Assembly (NCBI GenBank): GCA_000004985.1
Contig: GG738856.1
DNA: 64,000 nt
Reading direction: 5' to 3' (one strand)
Origin: Naegleria gruberi
Taxonomy: Eukaryota
Part shown: positions 23,448 through 34,300 of the stretch, piece after piece
Numbering within the stretch: position 1 is the stretch's first letter
Layout of the letters: each line of letters begins with the position of its first letter
The notes under the pieces: generated by a model
Databases searched by the model: none
What the model saw: the letters and a program-made list of their open reading frames with translations, nothing else
Told to the model about the DNA's origin: nothing
Program-made: the position numbers and the translations under genes

Positions 23448-24314
23448 ATGTCAGACCCAACATTGTGGGATTCTCTCATTCAAATTATTCAACTCGAGAA
23501 GGAATTGATCAATGTGATCATTTCTCATGAAAATCATCTTCAACAAACCGGAAGTGAACAAGTGGTTGAATATTATGAAAAATTAGTGGACGAATATTTG
23601 AGATTTATTAAAGATCATTTCATGATTAATAACAAATTCGGAAATGGAGTGGATTATTGTTCATCATTTCTTGAAAGATATTACAAAATTAAAAGAGGAG
23701 AATTATCCAATCAAGAGAAATATAATCAATTTCATGAATTGTTTCTAATGGTGAAGAGACAATCATCTGAAGAATTTATTAAACATGTATTAACAACAGA
23801 GGAAGAACATTCATCATTTATTACTACTGATTCGGAGGCATCAACCAATAATGTTGGATGGAATAAGAAATGTTTAGCATTTGAAAGTAAGATGAAGAAT
23901 AGAATTTTAACATTAGCCAATCAGCAATATTCAATGGTTTATGGAATTGCCTCTCATGAATGTCCTCTCTCTAATACTCAACAATCAAGGAAGGATCTTG
24001 ATGAGAGCTCCATACTAATGGCATGCATTTATGCTTGTATGATATTGCATGAGGAAAATTTGCCAATTCAATCTGATTCAATTTTGAAAATTGTTCAAGC
24101 TTCAAATATTGAGATACCCTCTGCGTATGCTTCACTGGTGGCCAAGTATTTAAAGAATCATTCATTGAAGGGTATTATTGATAATTTGCAAGAAGAGGAT
24201 ATCAATGTTGCACCATCTACACCACATGATAATCATCAATCAGTTCCATATGGTATAGAGCTTTCTGAATACGGAATAGATGAAAACATAGATATCTTTG
24301 GTGATATGTTTTAA
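23448..24314 (+). CDS. Protein with a ribosomal P1/P2 stalk-like C-terminal domain and a novel N-terminal extension of about 180 aa
   Basis: Residues about 190-250, SILMACIYACMILHEENLPIQSDSILKIVQASNIEIPSAYASLVAKYL, align to P1 [47 protein letters not shown]. The acidic C-terminus DENIDIFGDMF resembles the P-protein tail DDDMGFGLFD. Confidence 0.5.
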   Translation: MSDPTLWDSLIQIIQLEKELINVIISHENHLQQTGSEQVVEYYEKLVDEYLRFIKDHFMINNKFGNGVDYCSSFLERYYKIKRGELSNQEKYNQFHELFLMVKRQSSEEFIKHVLTTEEEHSSFITTDSEASTNNVGWNKKCLAFESKMKNRILTLANQQYSMVYGIASHECPLSNTQQSRKDLDESSILMACIYACMILHEENLPIQSDSILKIVQASNIEIPSAYASLVAKYLKNHSLKGIIDNLQEEDINVAPSTPHDNHQSVPYGIELSEYGIDENIDIFGDMF

Positions 24315-24322
24315 CTTGTCAT

Positions 24323-25675
24323 TTATTTAAAAGAAAGAACACAAGTTTTAGATCTGGATGAGCAATACAATTCACCATTTTCACAATCCAAAGCAATATC
24401 AATTCCCTTTCCAGATGTACTAACATCAAAGAATTCATTATTATAGTCAACCCATTCTTGTCCTTCTTGATTCATTGAAACAATTCCATATTGAGTAGTA
24501 AATATTCTACCAGTTTCGTTTTCAATTACTAATCTTCCAGTTCTTCCACATGGAGTTTTCAATTCAACCTTTTTGAGAATCTTTCCCTTCTTATTACATA
24601 CAATCATTTCGTATTCTGAAAGTAAAACCAAATCATTATTGGAATTCAATGCAAGTGATGCAAAATCAGTATTTCCAAATATATTTTGACCTTGCAAGTT
24701 TTCCCTTAACGATTTAATGACCTTTCCAGTGTCAGGACACAAAAAGTCAATGCCGCCTCTTTGTAACAGGTAAATAGTGCCATCATGCTTATCAACTGCC
24801 ATGCTTCTAATGATTCCCATGTCTTCATCATTCTCCCAATAGGTCATTTTACCATCTCTTGAAATTTTCACAATAGTTGAGGCACAACATCTGTCAATTA
24901 CATAGACAAGAGCATCATCTCTCAAATCATAGCATGTATGATAGTGATCTCTATCTTGTGGTTCTTTAAAATGGTTGACCATCAATTTAGTTTTAGTATC
25001 AAATTCAAAAATAGTACTACGATCTGAAACAAATAGTTTTCCATGTTTGGAATCCAAACAAATAGCATTTGGACCAGTGAATTCAAAATTGAAATCTTCA
25101 TTTTCACCCAATTTCTTTTCATCTTCATATTCAAGACTGAACGGAACATTTCTTGCTACAGTGGTCAGCACCTTATGAGTATGAGAACTAGTCTTGGTTG
25201 ACTTGTTGTGTAACTTGAAATGATTTTCACACAAATTAACCTTACACTGCTCACACCAATATCCAGCAGCGATAGACTCACCATGTTCCTTCAAACATTT
25301 AGCACAATCACAAGTATTTTTCAAAGCAGGAATCTCAACAACAGATGAAGCATGTGATTTCGTCTTGTTTGAATTATTATGCAAATTGATGTGATTTTCA
25401 CAAAAGTTCATTGAGCAAGTTGGACATGAATGGGTAGCAATCACTTCTTCCTCTTCATCCTTCAAACATTTATCACAATACTTGATGGAAATCTCAACCT
25501 TTGGTGGAAGAAATGAAATTTCCTTGACATGGCTTGTATGTGATCTCGTCTTGTTGGAATTATTGTGTAATCCCAAATGGTTCTCACACATATTCATGTT
25601 ACATTCTGAACAATGGTGCGTGGCTTGAACTTCCTCTTCGTCATCCTTCCAACATTTATCACAATGAATCATCAT
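24323..25675 (-). CDS. Three B-box-type zinc fingers plus an NHL-like six-bladed beta-propeller (TRIM-NHL-like, no RING)
   Basis: Three repeats of C-x2-C-x11-H-x-C-x2-C-x4-C-x2-H-x3-H (CDKCWKDDEEEVQATHHCSECNMNMCENHLGLH, etc.), followed by repeated hydrophobic-strand/GxxD motifs typical of NHL/YWTD propellers. Confidence 0.55.
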   Translation of the reverse strand: MMIHCDKCWKDDEEEVQATHHCSECNMNMCENHLGLHNNSNKTRSHTSHVKEISFLPPKVEISIKYCDKCLKDEEEEVIATHSCPTCSMNFCENHINLHNNSNKTKSHASSVVEIPALKNTCDCAKCLKEHGESIAAGYWCEQCKVNLCENHFKLHNKSTKTSSHTHKVLTTVARNVPFSLEYEDEKKLGENEDFNFEFTGPNAICLDSKHGKLFVSDRSTIFEFDTKTKLMVNHFKEPQDRDHYHTCYDLRDDALVYVIDRCCASTIVKISRDGKMTYWENDEDMGIIRSMAVDKHDGTIYLLQRGGIDFLCPDTGKVIKSLRENLQGQNIFGNTDFASLALNSNNDLVLLSEYEMIVCNKKGKILKKVELKTPCGRTGRLVIENETGRIFTTQYGIVSMNQEGQEWVDYNNEFFDVSTSGKGIDIALDCENGELYCSSRSKTCVLSFK

Positions 25676-26025
25676 TTGATTTGATTATTCTTAATTTTTT
25701 CTAAATATCTCTTAGAGAGATTTTATCAACAATGAAAGTGAGGAGTTTTGGGTGAATGTTCAATAACAAAGAGCTGTAATCTTACTATTGATTAGTACAG
25801 CGCACGAATCCTTGACCCAACATGTACAAATAGTCGGTGAACATACCATGAACACTAAAAGGAAATACTAATTAAGGCTTGCTCGAAAAGTACCTACCAT
25901 TAAATATGAACCTATTGGGATGTGTCGTAATCACTGAAATATATCACCTCGCTGCTAAACAGCGTCATCTTTTAGCCTCTCAATAATGTGTTGTTTGCTT
26001 ATTCAATTTGTCCACACAACAAAAA

Positions 26026-27039
26026 ATGTCCTCACAACTCTCTGTATTGAAAGAATGTCAATGGTGTTTACAGCATGATGATGAGCATTGTGTAGCTACT
26101 CATCAATGTGCTGATTGTAAGGTTGATTCACATGAATATTTATGTGAATTACATGCAAATATTCACAAACAAGTTACCAAGTATAAATCTCACAATATGC
26201 AATCGCTTTCCTTTGGACCTATTTGTGATTTGAAAATCAATCCTACTTTTAAATTGAGTGAATTCAAGTTTTATCAGCCAAGCAGTTGTGTAATCGCTCA
26301 ACAATCTTTATTCGTCACTGATCGTGATTCCATATTTGAGTTTAATTTGAAATCGGGTGAATTGGTACAACATTTTAATGAACCTCAAGAGAGATATCCA
26401 AGAAATTTATGTTATGATCCTTCTGATGATACTCTTGTTTATTGTATTGAAAGAGGATCTTCTTTTGATGTTGTTAAATTATCTAAAAATGGTAAAAGAA
26501 TTTTGTGGGAAATACAAGATCAATTACGAATTAGTGATATGTGTGTCGACAAGATGAATAATGGAAATGTCTACACCGTTCAAAAAGATGGTATTGTTGT
26601 CATCAATAAGGGAAAAGTTGTTAATACTTTGAGAGATGACTTGAACGGTGACAATATGTTCATCAATATTGCCTACGACTCATTGGTTGGTGTTGCAACT
26701 GATTGTAATGACCAATTGATCATTTCTACAAAGAGATGGATTTTGATTTGCGATAAAAAGGGAAAAATTCTCAAGAAGGGACAAAAGATTAGAGAAGGTG
26801 AAAGTTGTAGAATTCAAGTTGATCCAATTCAATCTGACAGAATTTATTATATTGGTGATGAATGTTTGGAATCATGTTTATTGAATGGAACCAAGAGATT
26901 GTTTCTGAAATATGATCCAAATTATGAAGAGAGGTTTGAAATTTATTGTGGAGCTGGTTTAGATTTTGTAATTGACTTTGAATCAAGACAATTAATTGTT
27001 GCTAATATTTGTAAAGGAAAGATTCAAGTATTCCACTAG
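26026..27039 (+). CDS. One B-box zinc finger plus an NHL-like beta-propeller; paralog of the neighbouring divergent gene
   Basis: CQWCLQHDDEHCVATHQCADCKVDSHEYLCELHANIH is a B-box. The propeller segments match gene 24323..25675 (FEF(N/D), LICDKKGKILKKG vs IVCNKKGKILKKV). The true ATG is at 26026; the track start at 26008 is a TTG. Confidence 0.55.
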   Translation: MSSQLSVLKECQWCLQHDDEHCVATHQCADCKVDSHEYLCELHANIHKQVTKYKSHNMQSLSFGPICDLKINPTFKLSEFKFYQPSSCVIAQQSLFVTDRDSIFEFNLKSGELVQHFNEPQERYPRNLCYDPSDDTLVYCIERGSSFDVVKLSKNGKRILWEIQDQLRISDMCVDKMNNGNVYTVQKDGIVVINKGKVVNTLRDDLNGDNMFINIAYDSLVGVATDCNDQLIISTKRWILICDKKGKILKKGQKIREGESCRIQVDPIQSDRIYYIGDECLESCLLNGTKRLFLKYDPNYEERFEIYCGAGLDFVIDFESRQLIVANICKGKIQVFH

Positions 27040-27065
27040 AAGCAAGTAAGAATAAATTAAATAGT

Positions 27066-30000
27066 TTATTTTTCAATGCCTGGTCTAACTCTATTTAGAT
27101 CTAATTTCATAGATTGAGATCTCTTCATAGATCTAGCTGCTACTTGAGACTTGAATACAGCTTCCTTGGCTTTCTTGAATTGTAAAACAAATTCTGAAAT
27201 TAAAGCAAAGAATTCATCTTCTGCCAATTGCTTGTCGGTGGATTCAACAGGAACAAAGTGATAGAATTCATAACAGGCAGTGAATTCCTTTTGGAGTTTT
27301 TCAAATGATTCTTTGGTTGAAGGGAAGTCCTTTTGGCAGAGTTCATAAAATTCTTCTAACATTTTCTTGTAAGAATCAGTATAGGCTCCTCTTGGAATAT
27401 CTTGCTTGGATTTACAAATAAACTTGTACATTGATTCTAATTCAGAAAAATTCAACACAAGTCCAGGAACAGTAATTATGACACCATTATTACACACACC
27501 TGCCTCGTAGAGTTCTTCATCAAAGTTTCTTGTTTCTTCATCACATATTTTTACAAGATAGCTTATCAAAGTAGTACTCTTATCGACGGTTGATCTTGTA
27601 TCTTTAAGTTTAGTCAAAATTCTCAAATCAAATCCTTCACCTTCCAAACGCTTCTTACCTCTGTTCATAAAGCTACCAATGGCAAGGACATATGACAAAA
27701 GCTTGGCAAATGACTTGCAATTAACTATACACTCGATGGCTTTTCTCTTCTTTTCAATCTTTTCACTAACTTCTTTAAGTAAGATTGGGAATGATGACAT
27801 GTATCTCATCAATCTAAGCTTGGAGGCAACATCTTCAATAGCCAAAATATCCAAGAAGAAAATATCAGACTTTGGAAGTTCTTCGCGATCCAACCCCTTA
27901 AGTTTAGTCTTCATTGTTAAGGTATCACCACTACTTGTGAATTGTTCTAAATTCTCAATTTGTTGATTAGTGAGCTTTGTAATATCAAGATTATTGATAG
28001 CTTCAACAACAATTTCATTACTAATAGATTTAAATTGACTGTTAATAATAATTTCAATATTTCTAGCTGTCTTGTTATCAATAATACCTTCAGTTGCCAA
28101 TGATTTTTGTAAAGTTCTAGGAGAAGCTTTGGTACCGCCTCTTGGTGAGGTAAATCCTTGTCTTGGAGTGGCACCACCAGTGGCTGGTTCTGGTTCTTCT
28201 TCAGCCTTTGTTTGTTTAGCAAACAACATTTCAATTTTTTCCAAATCAATCATGTTAGGATCAACTTCAATCTTACTCCACACAGAATATTCCGAGTCAA
28301 CTTTCTTGATTGGCTTCCAATGCAATTGTTTGGTCTTACTGACCTCTTCTTCTTCAGTGTGTTGAATGTACTTCTTTTTAGTACCAAAAGAGATTGCGCC
28401 AGGTGGAGGTGGAACACCAGGTGGGAAAGGAATACCGCCAGGTGGGAGAGGGATTCCCATGCCTGGTGGAGGTGGAATGTTACCAAATGGAGGTGGAGGC
28501 GGAATGTTACTACCTGGAGGTGGAGGAATATTACTTCCACCAGGTGGAAGTGGAATATTGGAAGATGGTAAAGGAATATTACTATTTGGCACAGGAGAAT
28601 TATTTACAGATGTTGGTTGTGTTGTAGTACTTGGTTCAGGTTCCTTTTCTTCCTCTACTATATTCATATCAGCATAAGGTTTTGTCGAGATTAGATATCT
28701 GGCATGTTCAATTTCTGTTGTTCTAGATAAGAAATGAGGACACTTTTCAAGTGAACAAACTAATTCAGTCCAATAACTTGTTGAAAGATCAGCTGCATCT
28801 TCCTCACTTGCACAATCAATTTCTGAAAAGTTTAACTCTAGTTTAAAGTTTCCGGAGAAACTTGGTGAATTGTGAGCCCAATCGAGTTCACTCTTGTCTA
28901 CCACTACTACAGTGCTTGTTAAAAAAAGAGTATTAAAAGTAAATCTAAAGAGAGAAATAATGTTACCATCGTCAGCCATTGTAAAAGCAAGAAGAATAAA
29001 ATCTCCCATCAATGGTTTGCTTTCATTGAATGGTAATGTATAGTGGAACCATGTTTCAATTCTTGTAGAAGGTCTTTCTTCACCTCTTGGTGAACTCATA
29101 AATGTTTTTCTTCTCTCAACTCTTGGAGCATTATTAACAGAAGCTGTAGTAAATGTAGAAAACAAAATATCGGTTTGTTTTCTTACGACGAAATATAACT
29201 TTCTATATTGGAAAGAATTTAGACTGTCAGGAACTGTATCTTCATCATCACCTTTAATTGCAAGCCATTCATCTCTTTTAGGTGTTGTTCTAGATGGTTG
29301 CAAACTCATTCTTCTATCGCGTGATGTTGACTCAACCATTGATGTTGCCATATTATGATTAGAATGTTTTACACATAACCTAGAACTATTCATGGAAATG
29401 CATTGCAATCTAAATACTGAAGGTTTAAAGAAACCTTTAAATGTTGGGTTGACTGAAGGAGAAAATGTCAACATTGGAACATCGTGTACCATCAAAGTGA
29501 GTGGTCTTTGAAGTGAAATAAGGAATAAATTAGCATAACGATAAACTGATGGTTCAAGACTCTTCAAAAGAGTCATAGATTTTGGATTCAATTTCTTTTC
29601 TAATCTAGTATATACAATATCTCTTGCTTGGTTCAAAATCATCATGGTATTTAAAATTCTCTGACTATAATTTGTTGTTGTGGTGGTTGTTGTTTGGTTA
29701 CTTGTAGTAGAAACTGCATCAAGATCATTATTATTGAGAAGCACTTTTCCATCTTCTTCATCTGCTGTTGTAACTGTAATATTAACTTCATTATCTTGTG
29801 ATTGATTTGGTTCCACATTAGGTGAAACTTCTGTTGAATTTGATTGTGGTTGTTGCTGATCAGAAGTATCCAAATTTTCAAGAGAATTTACACTAACAGA
29901 GGCCAGATTAGATGATGAACCTCCTGCTCCATCTAAAACAACAGTTGTGACTGTTCTTTCTGGATGATGAGATTTGAGACTAGATTGTTCAATTCCGTAC

Positions 30001-30320
30001 ATATCCATATACATTTTAGAATCAGTATATGAAACAAATACAGCTGCTAATAAAAGTGCATAACAAGTTGTTTTTGTTGATGCAACAATAACAATACAAT
30101 AATCTTTGGAAGTTGAATAATTTAGGAGGAAATTATCAATCATGGATGAAAGGGAAAGAAGTACTGGAAGTTGTTCGAAATGTTCACTAATGACAGGAGT
30201 TGAACCAATTTCGAAACATGGTCTCGTCGTTACGGCAGGAAATGGTTTAGAAGTGAAATTGAATACAAAAACCTTGTCACTGTACTTATCAGTCAACATG
30301 GTTGATATTCTATTGTTCAT
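27066..30320 (-). CDS. Formin: PTEN-like (phosphatase-dead) N-terminal domain, C2-like region, proline-rich FH1 and an FH2 domain
   Basis: The FH1 (NIPLPPGGSNIPPPPGSNIPPPPPFGNIPPPPGMGIPLPPGGIPFPPGVPPPPG) is followed by an FH2-like region (SLLKAEIIKWKEQSEMF..., LTNQQIENLEQF, KSFAKLLSYVLAIGSFMNRG..GFDLRIL). The N-terminus FEQLPVLLSLSSMIDNFLLNYSTSKDYCIVIVASTKTTCYALLLAAVFVSY aligns to the PTEN phosphatase core, with the HCKAGKGR catalytic loop replaced by IVASTKTT. Confidence 0.8.
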   Translation of the reverse strand: MNNRISTMLTDKYSDKVFVFNFTSKPFPAVTTRPCFEIGSTPVISEHFEQLPVLLSLSSMIDNFLLNYSTSKDYCIVIVASTKTTCYALLLAAVFVSYTDSKMYMDMYGIEQSSLKSHHPERTVTTVVLDGAGGSSSNLASVSVNSLENLDTSDQQQPQSNSTEVSPNVEPNQSQDNEVNITVTTADEEDGKVLLNNNDLDAVSTTSNQTTTTTTTNYSQRILNTMMILNQARDIVYTRLEKKLNPKSMTLLKSLEPSVYRYANLFLISLQRPLTLMVHDVPMLTFSPSVNPTFKGFFKPSVFRLQCISMNSSRLCVKHSNHNMATSMVESTSRDRRMSLQPSRTTPKRDEWLAIKGDDEDTVPDSLNSFQYRKLYFVVRKQTDILFSTFTTASVNNAPRVERRKTFMSSPRGEERPSTRIETWFHYTLPFNESKPLMGDFILLAFTMADDGNIISLFRFTFNTLFLTSTVVVVDKSELDWAHNSPSFSGNFKLELNFSEIDCASEEDAADLSTSYWTELVCSLEKCPHFLSRTTEIEHARYLISTKPYADMNIVEEEKEPEPSTTTQPTSVNNSPVPNSNIPLPSSNIPLPPGGSNIPPPPGSNIPPPPPFGNIPPPPGMGIPLPPGGIPFPPGVPPPPGAISFGTKKKYIQHTEEEEVSKTKQLHWKPIKKVDSEYSVWSKIEVDPNMIDLEKIEMLFAKQTKAEEEPEPATGGATPRQGFTSPRGGTKASPRTLQKSLATEGIIDNKTARNIEIIINSQFKSISNEIVVEAINNLDITKLTNQQIENLEQFTSSGDTLTMKTKLKGLDREELPKSDIFFLDILAIEDVASKLRLMRYMSSFPILLKEVSEKIEKKRKAIECIVNCKSFAKLLSYVLAIGSFMNRGKKRLEGEGFDLRILTKLKDTRSTVDKSTTLISYLVKICDEETRNFDEELYEAGVCNNGVIITVPGLVLNFSELESMYKFICKSKQDIPRGAYTDSYKKMLEEFYELCQKDFPSTKESFEKLQKEFTACYEFYHFVPVESTDKQLAEDEFFALISEFVLQFKKAKEAVFKSQVAARSMKRSQSMKLDLNRVRPGIEK

Positions 30321-31383
30321 TTCATCAGTTCCATTGTCATTGTGAATATCTAGTAGTAGTAATAGTAATAGTATTGATGATGATATGGAGATGGTAAATA
30401 TTTAGAATATCACACAATCATAGCAGTGATAAGCAGAGATGATGAAAATTATTGATAGTAGTAGGGTGTTGGTGATTGGATGATATCATCACAAAGATTT
30501 TAATAGTAATATTCCATCATAAATGTTATAGTTTGTCATTATCGGAATAAACCAACAGCCATTTGAATAAATTACTTGACATTTTCATACACAAATCTAC
30601 TTACATTTCAGCCTCTCGTTTATATTAATATCTATAATATCATTATAGTTCCAATAGTTACGCAGAGCCTTGAACATTTTTCAAAATAGGAGAGAATAAT
30701 ACTATGTACACACTCTATACTCTCCAAATTAACGTTCTCGGATTTTTCTAAAAATCGGTGGTGTTGGTGTTCTTCTTCTTCTTGTCGTATCGATTTTCTA
30801 TTATAATCAAACACAATAATAACACCTCTCCAATTCGCTGATCGTTGTTGTTGTGATTTTTTTAAAATTTGTTGCTGTGAATGCAAACGTCTCGTTATTA
30901 ACGCACAAACGTGTAACCTAGAAAATATTTTATCACTCTCTCGGAGACTCTTTACACGGAAGAGGGAAAAGGAGTTTTGAAGAGGTTGATTGTACAATTG
31001 TTGGTGTTATTGAATGGTGAAATACGACTCTTCAACGGGATGGTTTTTTGATGCTGATTTGTCAAAGGTTCTTTGTTCAACAGTGAAAGTTGGTGAGCTG
31101 CTGGTTGTTGGAAACTAGACGAAAGAGTGAAGAATGTAAACTGTCTTGTTTTTTTCAAAGTGGAAAGTATTTTGATACAAGTGATGAAAGGAATGCTGTC
31201 ATGAAACACGCTCAATGAAGATCACCAGCAAGAAGGGCAATTTGGCAAGTTCCGAAAATAACAGACGTAAATATTTTGTCAACATTCATCAGCTTTTGTA
31301 TGAGGAAACCACGAAAGCAAGATCTCTCAAAATAACAACACAGTCAATCAACGAAAATGTGATCAAGATAAAAACAAAACTGT

Positions 31384-34300
31384 TTATTGCAATAATTTAT
31401 CAACCATAGAATCGTAACGATGATAAGTTTCGTCTGATTCAGTTCTTTCATGAACTGATTGATTTGAGGCAGTTTGTGATGCACCTGGTGTTGATGGTTT
31501 GTTTGGAGAGTTACCGACAAAATATGGACTTGAATTGCTCAAGTTATTGGCAGAGTTAGAAGTTAGATGAGAAGGAGATTGGCCAAACATAGAGAAAGTG
31601 GATGGTGGATATCCAATTGTGTTTTGAGTCATTGGACTTGCAAATGAACCCATTCCAAATGAGTTACTGTCCAAGAATGGAGAAAGAGTTCTTCCCAAAC
31701 CACTTGGATTTCCACTTTGTGATTGAGGATTAAAAATGGATTGATATGGAGGAGAGTAGAGTGAGAATAAATTTCCACTTTCCATCAATGAAGGTCCATT
31801 TGATAATAAATTTGAGGTGGAATTTCCCAATCCACCAAGAATACCTGGATCAGTGTATGCTCTCTTGTTGAGAGGAGCTTGGAAATTGGTTTTGATTTGA
31901 AGAGTTGGAGATGGTGGAGTTTGTGGACAAGTAGATGTTGAAATATCATTATCATTACTACCACTTGTACTAGTGGTGGTATTATTCGACATTTTTGGTG
32001 TCGAATTGCTTGGTGCTTCATATCTTACTGTCTTTTTAACTTCATTTGGAGAGGTCAAACCGCTTGGTGTTTTACCTGTTCTCATAGAACTCTTCTTTTG
32101 AATTGGCATGAGAGTTGGAGGTTCTGATGATGAAGAGGATGCAGAAGTGTTGAGAGTTGGGGTCTTAGCAGATTCTTGATCGCCAAGGTATTTCATTTGT
32201 GTCTTAACCATTTCTCTTGAAAGGTGAACTTGATATTTAGGATTATTCATAGCAAATTGAACAAGTTGACCTTCATCAATTCTAGTTTCTGGATACACCT
32301 TTTTCAAGGTATTGACAATGTTACCAATAAAGTAACATCCTTTGAATTTAGGATTTTCAGCTTTGAGAAGTTTGTTTTTGAAAATAAACTCTAGTTTAAA
32401 ATCAATTTCCTCAGGATCAATATTTGATCTTGGAATGTGAACTGATGAAAGGAGCCAATTTGGCATAGAGTTGTAAGACTTGCCATCAACTGATGGAGAT
32501 TGAGGATACATTGGAGACATGGCACTGAATTCACTTGGTGACATGAGTGTATCTGAAACACTGTTATTTTCATCACTTCCTGACAAGTTATCTTGGTCAC
32601 CCAATTCATCAGTTTGTCCATTTTCCTCATTGGTCATTCTACTAAAGTATAATTGTTGTTGTAATCTCATCTTTGAAATATCAATTGTTCTCATTTGATT
32701 ATTAGAAGGATAGGTAACTTCAGATGAGGTTTGATTTTGTTCCCAATACTTCTTATTCTCAGTAACAATACTATCAATAATTCTTCTGATTGAAGAATCA
32801 ATTTTGTTTTGTTGTGGACCTTGACCACCATAGGAGAAATTACGTAAAGTGTAATTACTTTGTAAACCAATTGCAAGTGCTTCACCACCTTCATGATAAA
32901 TTTGATTGTCTGTCAAGCACAATCTTGTTAATGATCTATTCTTGGAGAGAACTTGAGCCCAACTTGAAGCACCTTGGTTCTTTGCATAGTTAGCACCTAA
33001 ATCTAAGTGTCTTAGGGTTGTGTTGGTTTCTGCCATATTAGAAAGAGCTAAAATACCCTTCAAGTGAATTTCACAACTTCTCAAATCTAGAGAAGTAAGG
33101 ACTGTATTGACTGCAAGAGCAGCTGAAAGTGCAACTGCACCTCCATTACCAATTTCATTGTTACCTAAATCCAATCCAGTAACAGCTGTTTGCTCACATT
33201 TCAATGCTTCTGCAAGAGCTACAGCACCCTTTTTTCTAATTCTATTATTTGCCAATCCCAAAGTAGTAATTGATGGATTAACTTTGAGAAGATTGGCAAC
33301 GTAGAGAGCACCTTCATCTCCGAGTTCATTGTCATTAAAATTGAGAGCATGAACGCTGTGATTGTCTTTGAGAGCTTGACAAAGACTCTTGACACCAACT
33401 GGACCAATAGCATTTGATTGAAGTTCAAGAACTTTGAGAGATTGGTTAGTAATTAAAGCAGTTGAAAGACACGAAGCACCCATAGCCTTGATACTATTTC
33501 CTTTCAATTGAATATCACTCAATTGAGTATTAGACTTGAGTGTTTCTGCCAAATATTTCATACCATCACTTCCAATACCATTATCTCTTAAACCCAATGA
33601 AGTCAAAGATGTATTATTAATAAGAGCATCAGCAATACTCTTAATACCGACAACATCAACTTTGTTTCCACCCAAGTGGAGTTGTGTCAAGGTTTGATTA
33701 TGTTTCAAACCTTCTCCTAGGATTCTGGCACCTTCTGGACCAATTTTGTTGTCACCCAATTTCAATCTCTTCAAAACCTTATTAGTCTTGAGCATTTCAG
33801 CAACTAATTCACAACAAGCATCAGTCAACTCATTTCCAAACAATTCAATACTAATAATTTGTTTGTGATATGGTGATTGTGGAAGAAGCAACTCCTTGAT
33901 AATTAAATTTGCTCCAACATCACTAATATTATTGTGATTCAATAGAATTTCATTGACATCGAATAGAGTTTGATTTGTGTTCAAATTTGAACCCTTTCTA
34001 TTGTTATTACCTCCTCTATTGTTTCTATCATTTTGTACGGAAGTTAATGCATGAACAAGAGCTTTGATATGATTGTCATCTGCTTGAGCATGGCAAATGG
34101 ATAACTTTAGTAACGGCTCTTGATTACGAACAGCAACCTTGATGAGTCTGATAACTTCCTGACTTGGTTTAACTCCATATTGATCACAAAATGATAAGTA
34201 TTGAGTACGTAAAGCATGACTTCTCTTTACAACATCATTCAAGTTACCCAATTGAGTTGGAGAATTGACACTATTAGCACGATTGTTTTGTTGGTCATTT

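Noticed and set aside
28158-28677. Plus-strand ORFs rich in W/R or G (28158..28571, 28366..28677, 28394..28627)
   Set aside because: They are antisense to the formin FH1 poly-proline region; CCN codons read as GGN/NGG on the opposite strand. This is a low-complexity artefact.
30320-31384. ORFs 30632..30997 and 30952..31215 between the formin and LRR genes
   Set aside because: They are an intergenic region with short simple repeats (tagtaatag...), and the translations are not protein-like.
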